Shown: one piece after another, positions 33,895 to 42,592 of the stretch
Position numbering within the stretch: the first letter of the stretch is position 1
How the letters are laid out: each line of letters opens with the position of its first letter
Origin: a virus
Lineage: Duplodnaviria > Caudoviricetes
Virus record (IMG/VR): IMGVR_UViG_3300037183_000135
Span: 1 to 42,592 of that record
Direction: 5' to 3' (one strand)
DNA length: 42,592 nt
Position numbers and translations under genes: made by a program
Notes under the pieces: model-generated
What the model saw: the letters and a program-made list of their open reading frames with translations, nothing else
The model's database searches: none
What the model was told of the DNA's origin: nothing

Positions 33895-36849
33895 CTATTC
33901 ACTGTCGCCCCCGAAACGGTCGCCATTCTTGCCGGCGACATTCAGGCCGAGGTTCTTGTAGACCTTGTCCTTCACGTCCGTGTCCTCGGCCAGGGAGTCG
34001 CCGATGGAGGTAAGGGCCGCCCGGATGAGCTCGTTCATGTTCGCGTCCTTGAGCGTGAACGCGTCCTTCTGCAGCTGGTCGTGGGCGTCGTCCACGTCGA
34101 TGTTAAGAAGGTCGTAGATGTACGCGATGGGCATCGAGCCCTTCTGGTACAGGTTGTACATGAAGTCCTGGAGCTCCGTGTTGTCGCGGAGGGCCAGACG
34201 TGTGAACTGGAGCTTCGGGTAGAGGAGGTTCCGGTTCCCGTCCTCGTCGACCTCAAAGAACTGCTTCTTCTCGGCGACCGGGGCGAACAGCTGCTCCTCG
34301 ACGAACTGGGCCATCGTCTCCCTGTAGAGGAGGTACATTGTGTTCATAACGTCGAGGTGGATGCGCTCCCCGGAGTAGGTGCTCTCGCCCGTGAGCATAG
34401 ACTCCGTGATGCGGAGGCCGATGAACAGGAGCTTGTTCGTGATCTCGTACTCCGTCGACAGGTCGAGAAGGCGGTCACGGGATCCGATCTCGTCCCAGTG
34501 CAGCTCGAAGTTGGCGACGACGGTGAAGTCCGGGTCCTGGAGGGCCTGGTCTATCTGGTCCCGGACGCCCTCAACGTCGGTCTCGGACATCTTGTCGCCC
34601 CAGACAACGCGCTTCGGCGTCATCGCGCGGGAGGCGATGGAGGTCTGGGCCTGGCGAAGCTTGTCCTGGAACAGGAGCGTCCGGAGGCAGCGCTCGAGGA
34701 TGGACGTGCCGCGGTCGTCGTAGGCGGCCTTCTTGTGGGCCAGGTGGTAGCAGAACGACGAGCAGTAGTAGTCCTGGTACGGGCTCGTGTTGAGGGGGAT
34801 AGGCTGGCCGTTGAGGAGCCGGTCCTTGATCATGTCCGGGATGTCGGCGGCGATCTTGGCCGCCTCCGGGTCGGACGTGTTCTGGGCACGGAGGACGACG
34901 AGCCGGTCCTTCTCGCTCGGAATGAGCTCCATCTTGGTCTTGTTTGTGTACTGGAAGACCTCCAGCTTGACCTGCTCCGGGGGCAGGATGGTGAGCTTCT
35001 CCCACCCCCTATAGTTCTTCGCCACGAAGTCGAGGATGGCCTTATGCTGCTCCTGTGGAGGCTTCGGCTCAAACTTCTTGATACGTCTTCGTGTGGACCG
35101 GCCGACGTAGTCGACCTCACCGATCTCCTCCTCGGTGATGTCCATCGTCAGCTCCTCGGGGACCTCCGGGAGCATGTCCTGGTCCTCGGCGAAAATGAAG
35201 ACGTTACCTTGAAGCCAGTACTCGTGCGTCGCGTCATACAGGACCTGGAACATCCGGACACGCCGGCACATCTCCTCATAGAAGTGGAGGATCTGCTTGT
35301 TACGGCGGCGGTCCTTGCCCTTCGGGAGGGACAGGCGGATCTTGGACATCGGGACGTCCGTATTATGGGTAGCCAACCCATAGGCAATATAGCTCTTCCG
35401 ATCCCCAGAACCGTGAACCTCTATGTTATGAACCAAACCGTCATACTGGACGGTCGAAACCCTCTCAATGCGCCTAAGGACGCTGGATCCGACACGGACG
35501 CTATACTCACGGGTCGAACGGGCAGAGTATTTCCCCTTCACGAAGTTAGCATAATGGGAGAACTCTACATGGAAACGATAAGGTATTATGATCCGGTAGG
35601 TAGTCCCGCGTGGGGTAAAGCCACTCTTCCTGGTTTTTGGCTCAACAGCATGAATGACCGGAGAGTAGCCAACCTTCGATGCAAGAGTGTGGATCTGATG
35701 GGCCATCCTCTCGGAGGTCGTCGTGGCAACGTAACCGTTCTTCGTAAGACAGCCATCACCATTCCAGTAAGCGCCGAGAAATTCCAGAATATCCTCTCTG
35801 GGAGATTCAATAAGATCCAGGCTTAGCTTCTTCTCGCGAGAACCACTACCAACGTGATGGTAACAAAACTCGGCAAAATCTCTCTTATAACATTTGACAT
35901 CACATGAGCGTGAGCCGCTCCGAACACGCTTTCGGGCCTCGTGAGAATACTCCGAGAAGAACATTTCGGATATTTCGTCGGCTATGGTCTCGAACTCGTT
36001 CTCGTTCAGAGTGAAGACTACCCTGTCAAGATGGCCGTACGAGGTCCTCGACAACGAACCTTCAGCCGCATAGTACCCGAGCAGACGAAGCTGGTTCCTT
36101 GTGAAAACAGATTCGGAAGAAACGATCGACGGAGAACATACATAATCCCCCTCCTTCAAATCTTTAGCAAACACAAACGATGGCTTGCCGAAATCGACGC
36201 CTGCACATTTTTTCTGCCTGCAAAGGGACTTCGACCCACGTTTGCAGGCGCCCAAACCGTAGATGGGGAACTTGCAGTTAACCTGCGAAGCTCGATAAAT
36301 CAAAAAAGGATGGTTCTCAGTGCAGTCGATGTCTTCGTCGACCCCGCGAACCTTCAGTCGGGTGATGGGACCACGAACCATATCCTCGAAGGTCCGAAGA
36401 ACCCTCGTTGTCTCCCCGAGACCGTTAACGACCTCGTCTCCGACGACCAAAGACTCTATAGGCCTGACAGTCCCGTCCCGCATAAGGACCGGGGCGCCGG
36501 GAGGAAAACAATGGAAGTCGATGGCCGCGCCGACTATGGGGTGCGTCGTGTACCAGAACCGGAAGAGCTCGCGCTTCTCGCGCTCAGACTGCGGGAGCTC
36601 GAGAAAGTCGGTCGAGAGCTGGGGGCTGTAGAACTGCGAGTGGGCGTCGACGACGTTCGTCGGGGAGCTCCCATACCCGGAGAAGCCACCCATGGAGCTG
36701 CCGCCATAGTTGGCGACGCGGATGGACTGTCGTGACTCGCGGCGAGCCTGACGTTCAAGCTTCGTCAGCTGCTGGCGGGTTAGGCTCTGGTCCGTGTCCT
36801 GACGACGAACGCCAAAACGGGTCTTGGGAGGGGTCTTCTTAGTTGCCAT
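33895..36849 (-). CDS. Portal protein with intein
   Basis: Spliced RELFRFWYTTHPIVGAAIDFH/TDVPMSKI; HEYWLQGNVF; GTSILERC; lies downstream of terminase. Confidence 0.8.
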   Translation of the reverse strand: MATKKTPPKTRFGVRRQDTDQSLTRQQLTKLERQARRESRQSIRVANYGGSSMGGFSGYGSSPTNVVDAHSQFYSPQLSTDFLELPQSEREKRELFRFWYTTHPIVGAAIDFHCFPPGAPVLMRDGTVRPIESLVVGDEVVNGLGETTRVLRTFEDMVRGPITRLKVRGVDEDIDCTENHPFLIYRASQVNCKFPIYGLGACKRGSKSLCRQKKCAGVDFGKPSFVFAKDLKEGDYVCSPSIVSSESVFTRNQLRLLGYYAAEGSLSRTSYGHLDRVVFTLNENEFETIADEISEMFFSEYSHEARKRVRSGSRSCDVKCYKRDFAEFCYHHVGSGSREKKLSLDLIESPREDILEFLGAYWNGDGCLTKNGYVATTTSERMAHQIHTLASKVGYSPVIHAVEPKTRKSGFTPRGTTYRIIIPYRFHVEFSHYANFVKGKYSARSTREYSVRVGSSVLRRIERVSTVQYDGLVHNIEVHGSGDRKSYIAYGLATHNTDVPMSKIRLSLPKGKDRRRNKQILHFYEEMCRRVRMFQVLYDATHEYWLQGNVFIFAEDQDMLPEVPEELTMDITEEEIGEVDYVGRSTRRRIKKFEPKPPQEQHKAILDFVAKNYRGWEKLTILPPEQVKLEVFQYTNKTKMELIPSEKDRLVVLRAQNTSDPEAAKIAADIPDMIKDRLLNGQPIPLNTSPYQDYYCSSFCYHLAHKKAAYDDRGTSILERCLRTLLFQDKLRQAQTSIASRAMTPKRVVWGDKMSETDVEGVRDQIDQALQDPDFTVVANFELHWDEIGSRDRLLDLSTEYEITNKLLFIGLRITESMLTGESTYSGERIHLDVMNTMYLLYRETMAQFVEEQLFAPVAEKKQFFEVDEDGNRNLLYPKLQFTRLALRDNTELQDFMYNLYQKGSMPIAYIYDLLNIDVDDAHDQLQKDAFTLKDANMNELIRAALTSIGDSLAEDTDVKDKVYKNLGLNVAGKNGDRFGGDSE
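35362..36510 (-). mobile_element. Intein (383 aa) with LAGLIDADG homing endonuclease, in the portal
   Basis: CFPPGAPVLMRDG, CTENHPF, LLGYYAAEG and YWNGDG, terminal THN followed by Thr; lower GC. Confidence 0.92.
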
Positions 36850-36866
36850 GGCCGATCACTTTCCCC

Positions 36867-37466
36867 TCAATAGAAGGAGACATCCTTCTCAGACATAATC
36901 TCGTCTCGGACAGCCGACACGTGGACCGAGACCGTAGCGCGGCCCCTTCCAGCGAGACGGTTCAAAACGGCGGCGCCGCCGGCCGCGGAAAGGATGAGAT
37001 CCCGTATGACGGGATGCGGCTTGCCCGCGCTCCTGGGGACAGACTTCCCGAAATCGTCAACGGCGCGGGAGACGAGGTCCGAGGCGTCGGCGAGGCGGGA
37101 GACGAGAAGGCTGTAGGCCTCCTCCGTCCCGTCCGGGACGACGAGGTCCGAGGCGCGGGCGAAGGCCAGCTTCGACGCGAGATCGCGCGCCACGCCGTGG
37201 ACGGCGCGCTGGAGGTCGGCCGGACGAAGGCGGGCGGCGAGACCGTACCGGACGAGGTCCGGGGAGACCGAGGAGGCACGGGCGGCGTCGAGGGCGGCAG
37301 CACCGCGGGTGAGAGAAATGACGGCCTCTGAGACGACGTCTAGGGCCTTGGCGTAGGCAGAGGAGGCCCGAGCCAGGGAGGCGGACTCCGAGGCGCGGCG
37401 CTCCTCGCTGGCTCGCGCAGACGCACGCTCGCGCGGGGACTTCCTCGATGCTTTCCTGGCGGCCAA
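36867..37466 (-). CDS. Hypothetical Ala/Ser/Arg-rich protein
   Basis: TTG start preceded by GTAGGGT-N5. Confidence 0.6.
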   Translation of the reverse strand: MAARKASRKSPRERASARASEERRASESASLARASSAYAKALDVVSEAVISLTRGAAALDAARASSVSPDLVRYGLAARLRPADLQRAVHGVARDLASKLAFARASDLVVPDGTEEAYSLLVSRLADASDLVSRAVDDFGKSVPRSAGKPHPVIRDLILSAAGGAAVLNRLAGRGRATVSVHVSAVRDEIMSEKDVSFY

Positions 37467-37474
37467 GCCGAACC

Positions 37475-37729
37475 CTACCGGGCCTCGTCGCAGGCTTCAT
37501 CCATCTTCCGGGGCGCCATGAGCTCGTCTATGGCCTTCTCGAGCGTCCCGACGCTGTTCATGTCGCCGGACATGAGGGACTCCCAAGAACCCCCGTGATC
37601 CCAGAAAGTCCGGCAGATGAAGACCACATCGTCGTCCGAGAGGTCCGAGTCGGACCCCCACGTGTGGTCCGTGACCTGCCGGATTATCCGGTACGCGGCA
37701 GTGTCCTTGACGCCAGCTTCCATAGCCAC
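37475..37729 (-). CDS. Hypothetical acidic protein
   Basis: 84 aa between the terminase and the 36867 gene. Confidence 0.6.
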   Translation of the reverse strand: MAMEAGVKDTAAYRIIRQVTDHTWGSDSDLSDDDVVFICRTFWDHGGSWESLMSGDMNSVGTLEKAIDELMAPRKMDEACDEAR

Positions 37730-37795
37730 AGGGGTGACAACAAGCTCACCGGGACTGTCGACCTGGAAGCAAACGCCCGTGTTCAGAACAACACA

Positions 37796-39778
37796 TCATC
37801 TCCTTCTCATGGAGGCTGGGACCTGCCGCTCCCTGGGCGGAGGACCATGGAAGCGCGCTCTCGCGCGCTGTGCCATGTGGTAGTTCACGGCGGGCGGGCG
37901 ACGAGGAAGGGGCGGGGAGGCCGAAACCCTAGAGGCGTCCAGGACGTGCGGATTAGCCTTGACGTATTCGGCGGCCAGATGGACGCTCCTGGCAAAGCCG
38001 TCCGAGAAGTCATCCTTCTTCCCGGGAATGGACGGCTTGGCGACGACGATGATGTTCTTGCCGCCAGAGCTGGCCTGAAGCTCGAGAAGCTCAGCCACGT
38101 GCGGGGAGTGGAGCATGTTCAGGAGGTCGGAGTCCTCCCCGCGCTCCGGGGTCGGGTAGTCATAAAGGCCGAGCTGGCGCGTGAACATGAGCATCTTCAT
38201 GTTCTGGTACACGTCCGAGCTGTCCATGGCAGTGAAACGTCGGGTCTCGAACTGGGTCAAGCCCTTCTTATGCAGCTTCTGCTCGAAGATGACGCCGAAG
38301 GCCTGATCGAGAAGACCGCCGGTGATATAGAAGCGCCTCGAGAGGGAGTAGAACCAGTCAACTATCTCGTCAATATCAAGTCGCTGTTGGTCGACCAGAG
38401 TCCTCGCATAGGGTATGGCCGGGGGTGACGGAAGATGAGGGTTCGACTCCTCCCAGGGGACTCCGGCACACCAGGTCTCGTGGTACCCAAGCTGGATCCT
38501 CCCGTCCACGATGTGGGAGAGGGATACAGAGGTCCCGTCCCCGGTAATGCCCAAGTCGCCGCCGGCGAAGAAAGGCTCACGCGGGGCACCGCGAAGAAGG
38601 GGCCGGAGGTCGGGGACGCAGCAGTCGAGGAGGTCCTTGGCGTTCTCTATCCAGCCGCGAACGCGGTCGGAGAACTGGGCCCCATACTCGGTCTCGAACG
38701 CGCGGGCGTTCTTGGCGCGCTCGACCTCGTAGTCGGACTCGTCGACGGTCGGGTTTACCTCCCAGGTCGGGGCCTGGATCATCAGCATCTGCGAGGAAGC
38801 CACGCCGCCGGACTTCGAGAGCTCATACAGGTTGTAGAAGAGGCCCTCCTTCGCGTCGGGGGAGGAAATGCATATCATGCGGCCGTCGGAGGGGCCGATG
38901 GGGGTCCGGCGATTCTTCGGGTCCTTCGGGGAGAACTGTTTAAGGGAGGGCGTCATGGCCCGGTAGACCTGGTCGGCGGACGACTTGCCGTCGTTCACGA
39001 AGAACGCGAGCTCGTCCAGTATGCACGCCATGCAGCCGCGGCCGCGGATACCGCGGGCGATGGAGCTCTTGAAGGTGGCCGATATCGTGGCCTTGTTCGG
39101 GTCCTTCTTGAAGCGCTGGGCGTCGCTCTCCGTCCGGAACTTCATGAAGCTCTGCGTGTTCCGCTTGAGAGAGCTCTGGAAGTAGTCGACGTGCTGGACG
39201 TGGTTGTTTATCTCGCCGTAGACGATCTCGGCCTGCTCCTTGTCGTTGGCGATACAGAGAACGCGGATCTCGGTGCTGGGGAGAAGGCCGTAGTAGGCCT
39301 GCGGGAAGCCGCGGGCTATGAGCTTATAGAGCTCGTAGGCCGAGATGATCGAGGAGAGCATGCTCTTCCCCGAGCGACGGCCGAGGACGAGGATTAGCTC
39401 CCGGCGGGCCTTGAAGTCCTGGACGCGTATGTTGCAACGTCCGTGATCGAAGAGGTGGCGTAGATAGTCGACCTCCGTCATCTCGACGGCGGCGGAGCGA
39501 CGGAAGGTCTTGCTGACCCTTATTCGGTCGCCAGGGTTCTCCGGGAGGACGGCGTCGAGCGGAATGTTGTAGTAAAGCTTCAGGATGAAGCGCTGGACGG
39601 GATACAGGCCGTTCGGAAGAAGCTTGAACTTTTCGATGAACTCCAGGATGTTCAGGAACCCGGGGTCGAACTCGTCGGCGGAGCCCGAGTCAACGTGCTT
39701 CTGGCGCCTCTTCCTGGAGATGACGTCGTCCAGCGCTCCGGTCAGCTGGCTCTTGTCCTTCTTCTCAACGCTAGGCAT
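37796..39778 (-). CDS. Terminase large subunit
   Basis: PVQ adenine motif, Walker A GRRSGKS, Walker B CILDELAF, ISSP coupling motif, nuclease GGDLG and KDDFSD. Confidence 0.9.
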   Translation of the reverse strand: MPSVEKKDKSQLTGALDDVISRKRRQKHVDSGSADEFDPGFLNILEFIEKFKLLPNGLYPVQRFILKLYYNIPLDAVLPENPGDRIRVSKTFRRSAAVEMTEVDYLRHLFDHGRCNIRVQDFKARRELILVLGRRSGKSMLSSIISAYELYKLIARGFPQAYYGLLPSTEIRVLCIANDKEQAEIVYGEINNHVQHVDYFQSSLKRNTQSFMKFRTESDAQRFKKDPNKATISATFKSSIARGIRGRGCMACILDELAFFVNDGKSSADQVYRAMTPSLKQFSPKDPKNRRTPIGPSDGRMICISSPDAKEGLFYNLYELSKSGGVASSQMLMIQAPTWEVNPTVDESDYEVERAKNARAFETEYGAQFSDRVRGWIENAKDLLDCCVPDLRPLLRGAPREPFFAGGDLGITGDGTSVSLSHIVDGRIQLGYHETWCAGVPWEESNPHLPSPPAIPYARTLVDQQRLDIDEIVDWFYSLSRRFYITGGLLDQAFGVIFEQKLHKKGLTQFETRRFTAMDSSDVYQNMKMLMFTRQLGLYDYPTPERGEDSDLLNMLHSPHVAELLELQASSGGKNIIVVAKPSIPGKKDDFSDGFARSVHLAAEYVKANPHVLDASRVSASPPLPRRPPAVNYHMAQRARARFHGPPPRERQVPASMRRR

Positions 39779-40416
39779 CAGTCGGCCTCCGCCCCGTCCA
39801 TCTTCCGCTCCCAGCCGATCATGTCCGCCTTCATCTGCTGGAAGACGAGGTCGATGATCTGGGGTTCCACCCCGCTCTTCTCCATGGAGTCGTAGAAGAA
39901 CTCCATCCAGACCTTGAAGATGGCCTGCAGACGGGGCGACTTGAGGTCGAGATGCTCGCCACGGGCGGCCTCGAGACGCTTCAGGAGCAGGTCGGCGAGG
40001 CTGCGAAGGCCGGCGATTCGGCTCACGCTGTAGTTGGCGGAGTTCTTCCCGTCCTTTATCGCCTTGCGGCGCTCGAACTTCAGGTGAGAGAGCTCCTCGA
40101 CGATCTCGGCGAGGACCGCCTCACCGAGCTCGTGAGCGGTGCCATGGCGGCGGACGACCTCCGTCATCTTCTGTTCGGAAACGAAGCGCTCACGCTCACG
40201 GATCTCCGCGTCGACCGCGACAGGGTCTATGACCTCAGGGCTCGACGGCTGGACGTTCCCGCTCCTCACAGGCCCCGCCACGTAGTCCGCGCCAAGGTCC
40301 GAGTGCGGGTCGACGGTCTTGCCGCCGGGCAGGACTATGAGGTTCCCTCGCGACGGCTTAACCGGCGCGTCGTCGTCCAGAATGTCGTCCCCGTCCTCGG
40401 GGCCGTCGTCGTCCAT
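39778..40416 (-). CDS. Putative terminase small subunit
   Basis: Helical 212-aa protein coupled (TGATG) to TerL; positional evidence only. Confidence 0.5.
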   Translation of the reverse strand: MDDDGPEDGDDILDDDAPVKPSRGNLIVLPGGKTVDPHSDLGADYVAGPVRSGNVQPSSPEVIDPVAVDAEIRERERFVSEQKMTEVVRRHGTAHELGEAVLAEIVEELSHLKFERRKAIKDGKNSANYSVSRIAGLRSLADLLLKRLEAARGEHLDLKSPRLQAIFKVWMEFFYDSMEKSGVEPQIIDLVFQQMKADMIGWERKMDGAEAD

Positions 40417-40435
40417 AGAGGACCCTACCGGACGA

Positions 40436-42403
40436 TCAGTCCGTAACCGACTGCCCGGACAGCGAGATCTCGCCCTTGGCGACCCTCGGAGCGGCGATCT
40501 CGACCGGGAGCTCCGCGGTCAGCTCGAACTCGGCGACGGGGTTCCGAACGGGGGCGGAGGCCTGGACGACCGGCAGGCGGCGCCTCTCGGCGACCTCGAG
40601 GCGGACCTCCTCGGGAACCTGCCGGATGAGGGTCTTGGCGAGCTTGGAGCACCAGCCCGGGTGCGTCTGAAGGCGGCAGCCCGTGCAGCCAGAGGACGCC
40701 AGGACGTTCGGAACGCTGTTGAGCTTGCGAAAGTTGTCTGACGCCGTCTGGCACCCGCGGCCGTAGTCGCGGTAGGCGGTCGGATCGATGAAATATGATC
40801 CCTGGACGCCGTCGTCCTTGGCCAGCTGGGCGCCGACGGACGGCACCTGGGCGAGGTCCGAGCGGGCGTAGCGGCGGAGGACGGCGGACTGAAGCTTCCG
40901 GCCCTGAAGGCCGGTGTTCATGAGGTGCGAGATGGTCTTGCGGACCTCCTCGGGGTCCATCTGGGCCGCGGCGGCCTCGCCGGTCGTGGTCCCGTGATGC
41001 AGGGCGACCTTGGGGGCCGTCTGGTAGTCCACGTGGCGCAGCTGCGCGGGAGCCTCGGTCAGGTTGACGTGGGCGATGGCGGGGGCCCAGTCGGAGAACG
41101 GCGTGGCGGCGACGCGCTGGGCGGCAGAGGCAGCCTGCTCGGACGTGATGCGGCCGGCGGCGACAGCGCGGCCGAGGGCGCGGCTGAAGTTCTCGACAGT
41201 GAGGGGCGGGCGCTGACGGACGACGACGGTATGCTCGAGAAGGGAGGCATACTCCGGGGTCGCGCGGTCGGCGGCGGTGAGGCCACGAAGGAGGACGAAG
41301 TCGGGAGAGCCGGACTTGATCCCGGCCTGGACGAACTTGAGGGTCTCGCGCACGCCGCCGAGGGCGTCGCCGTCGAGGTAGGTGTGCCCGAGGAGGCCGT
41401 GCTCGCGGGACAGACCGCGGACCTCGGCGTCCGAGGAGGCGACGATGGAGGCGACGTCGTAGCGGCCCTGCATCATGCGCTTGGCCACGACGCGGGCCAT
41501 GGAGCCCGGCATCGGGTCGCAGGCGGAGGCGGCCTGACGGTCCCTGAAGGCGGCGACGTCGGCCTCGGTGACCGGCTTCGGCTTGTGGACGGCGCGCTGC
41601 TGGATGGTCTGGGGGGCCTCGAGCGGGGTCGTGGCGACCGGACGGAGGAAGGCCTCGCGGAGGACGCCGCGGATGGTCTCGGGGGTGGAGCCGGCAGCCA
41701 CGATGGCCTGGACGGCGCCCGGGACGAGGCGGTTCTCGGAGGCAAGCTGGGGGAGGTACGCGGCAGCGGTCTTGCGGTCGTACGGGACCTCGGTCGTCAG
41801 GCGCTTCTTGAACGACGAGCAGGAGCCGGACTTGTTGCAGACGCAGCCGCCGCAGGCCTCCTTGGCGAGTACGAACAGGGCGCGCTTGGCGGTCTTGGCG
41901 ACGAAGTCGCGGTGCGGCCCCTCTTGGGCGCAGCGGGGGAAGTGCTTGGCGTCGACGTAGACGTTGCCGAGCAGGCCCTTCTCGGCCAGGATCTCGGCGG
42001 CCTCGACGTGGGACGCGGACAGCTGTTCCGGGCTGAACTCGGAGCGAAGGCGGGTTGCGATGACCTGGTCCGGGAGGCCGGCGACAACGTAAGCCGCCAG
42101 ACGGTTGGTCACGGACGAGTTCGACCGAAGGGTCGCCTCGGGCCGGTCCAGCGGGTTGCGGTTCACCATCGTGTGAGGCCGCATCGGGTTGATCTCGGGG
42201 ACGCGCGGGTCCTTGCCGTCCCACGACAGGGCCGACTGCAGCTCCGGGATCATGTCCAGGTTCTGCTCCGGGAGGGCCTCGAGCGCGCGATAGTCCTCCT
42301 CATTGACGTTCAGCCAGGATAGGTCCGAGACACCCTGATTGCTCATCACCTCGGTGATGTCACCGATGCCGGACTCGAACTCATCAGGTACCCTGCTGGC
42401 CAT
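40436..42403 (-). CDS. Putative virion protein with duplicated Cys-cluster module
   Basis: GLLGNVYVD...C...CGGCVCN...C and GVQGSYFID...C...CTGC...C; 655 aa. Confidence 0.7.
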   Translation of the reverse strand: MASRVPDEFESGIGDITEVMSNQGVSDLSWLNVNEEDYRALEALPEQNLDMIPELQSALSWDGKDPRVPEINPMRPHTMVNRNPLDRPEATLRSNSSVTNRLAAYVVAGLPDQVIATRLRSEFSPEQLSASHVEAAEILAEKGLLGNVYVDAKHFPRCAQEGPHRDFVAKTAKRALFVLAKEACGGCVCNKSGSCSSFKKRLTTEVPYDRKTAAAYLPQLASENRLVPGAVQAIVAAGSTPETIRGVLREAFLRPVATTPLEAPQTIQQRAVHKPKPVTEADVAAFRDRQAASACDPMPGSMARVVAKRMMQGRYDVASIVASSDAEVRGLSREHGLLGHTYLDGDALGGVRETLKFVQAGIKSGSPDFVLLRGLTAADRATPEYASLLEHTVVVRQRPPLTVENFSRALGRAVAAGRITSEQAASAAQRVAATPFSDWAPAIAHVNLTEAPAQLRHVDYQTAPKVALHHGTTTGEAAAAQMDPEEVRKTISHLMNTGLQGRKLQSAVLRRYARSDLAQVPSVGAQLAKDDGVQGSYFIDPTAYRDYGRGCQTASDNFRKLNSVPNVLASSGCTGCRLQTHPGWCSKLAKTLIRQVPEEVRLEVAERRRLPVVQASAPVRNPVAEFELTAELPVEIAAPRVAKGEISLSGQSVTD

Positions 42404-42425
42404 CGTCTCTATACACCATGAAAGA

Positions 42426-42592
42426 TCAAATAGTACCGAAGTCGCCCATGCCGCGCTCCAGCTTAGCCAGAGCGCGAGCCACGCTGGCCGCGCACTGGGT
42501 GAGCCTGGACGCTACCCTCCGGTTGGCGGTCGTCATACTCAGCTCGAGAAGGCGGCCATGCAGGGAGGCCAGACGGCGCAGGTCTTCAGGAG
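42426..42592 (-). CDS. C-terminal part of a hypothetical protein (partial)
   Basis: Open frame ...PEDLRRLASLHG...NRRVASRL...GDFGTI ending at the stop at 42426. Confidence 0.6.
   Translation of the reverse strand, partial: PEDLRRLASLHGRLLELSMTTANRRVASRLTQCAASVARALAKLERGMGDFGTI

Noticed and set aside
33496-35826. 776-aa plus-strand ORF, and similar long antisense ORFs at 2530, 8798, 24271 and 40925
   Set aside because: These are antisense shadows of GC3-rich real genes, with no motifs.

Overview
The window is a GC-rich segment of a large (jumbo-type) tailed phage genome. The right half (about 22.2-42.6 kb, minus strand) is a head-assembly and packaging module: terminase large subunit, a probable small subunit, an intein-containing portal, several head proteins, an intein-containing prohead protease, a scaffold, a decoration-like protein and an HK97-type major capsid protein. 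The left half is an accessory region. It holds an NAD+ salvage cluster (NrtR-like Nudix, NAMPT, CinA-like/nucleotidyltransferase fusion), coaD, pyrE, a prodomain-less S53 sedolisin, a vWA protein, several homing endonucleases, a DUF559-Mom-like fusion and many small ORFs. The most unusual signals are: (1) a ~210-nt nested, structured candidate ncRNA with 7-nt-periodic GCA repeats, lying between a DIP1984-like helical protein gene and an unannotated 38-aa histone-H1-like gene; (2) a C-terminal tag, [LI]-[AVI]-x-x-[IV]-M-E-[ST]-stop, on five unrelated small proteins, conserved at protein rather than DNA level; (3) fourteen leaderless-type GTANNNT-N5/6-start promoters, plus a distinct candidate late motif; (4) recurring R-x-A candidate maturation sites and shared helical modules in the head proteins. 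All family assignments come from motif recognition by eye, not from database searches.
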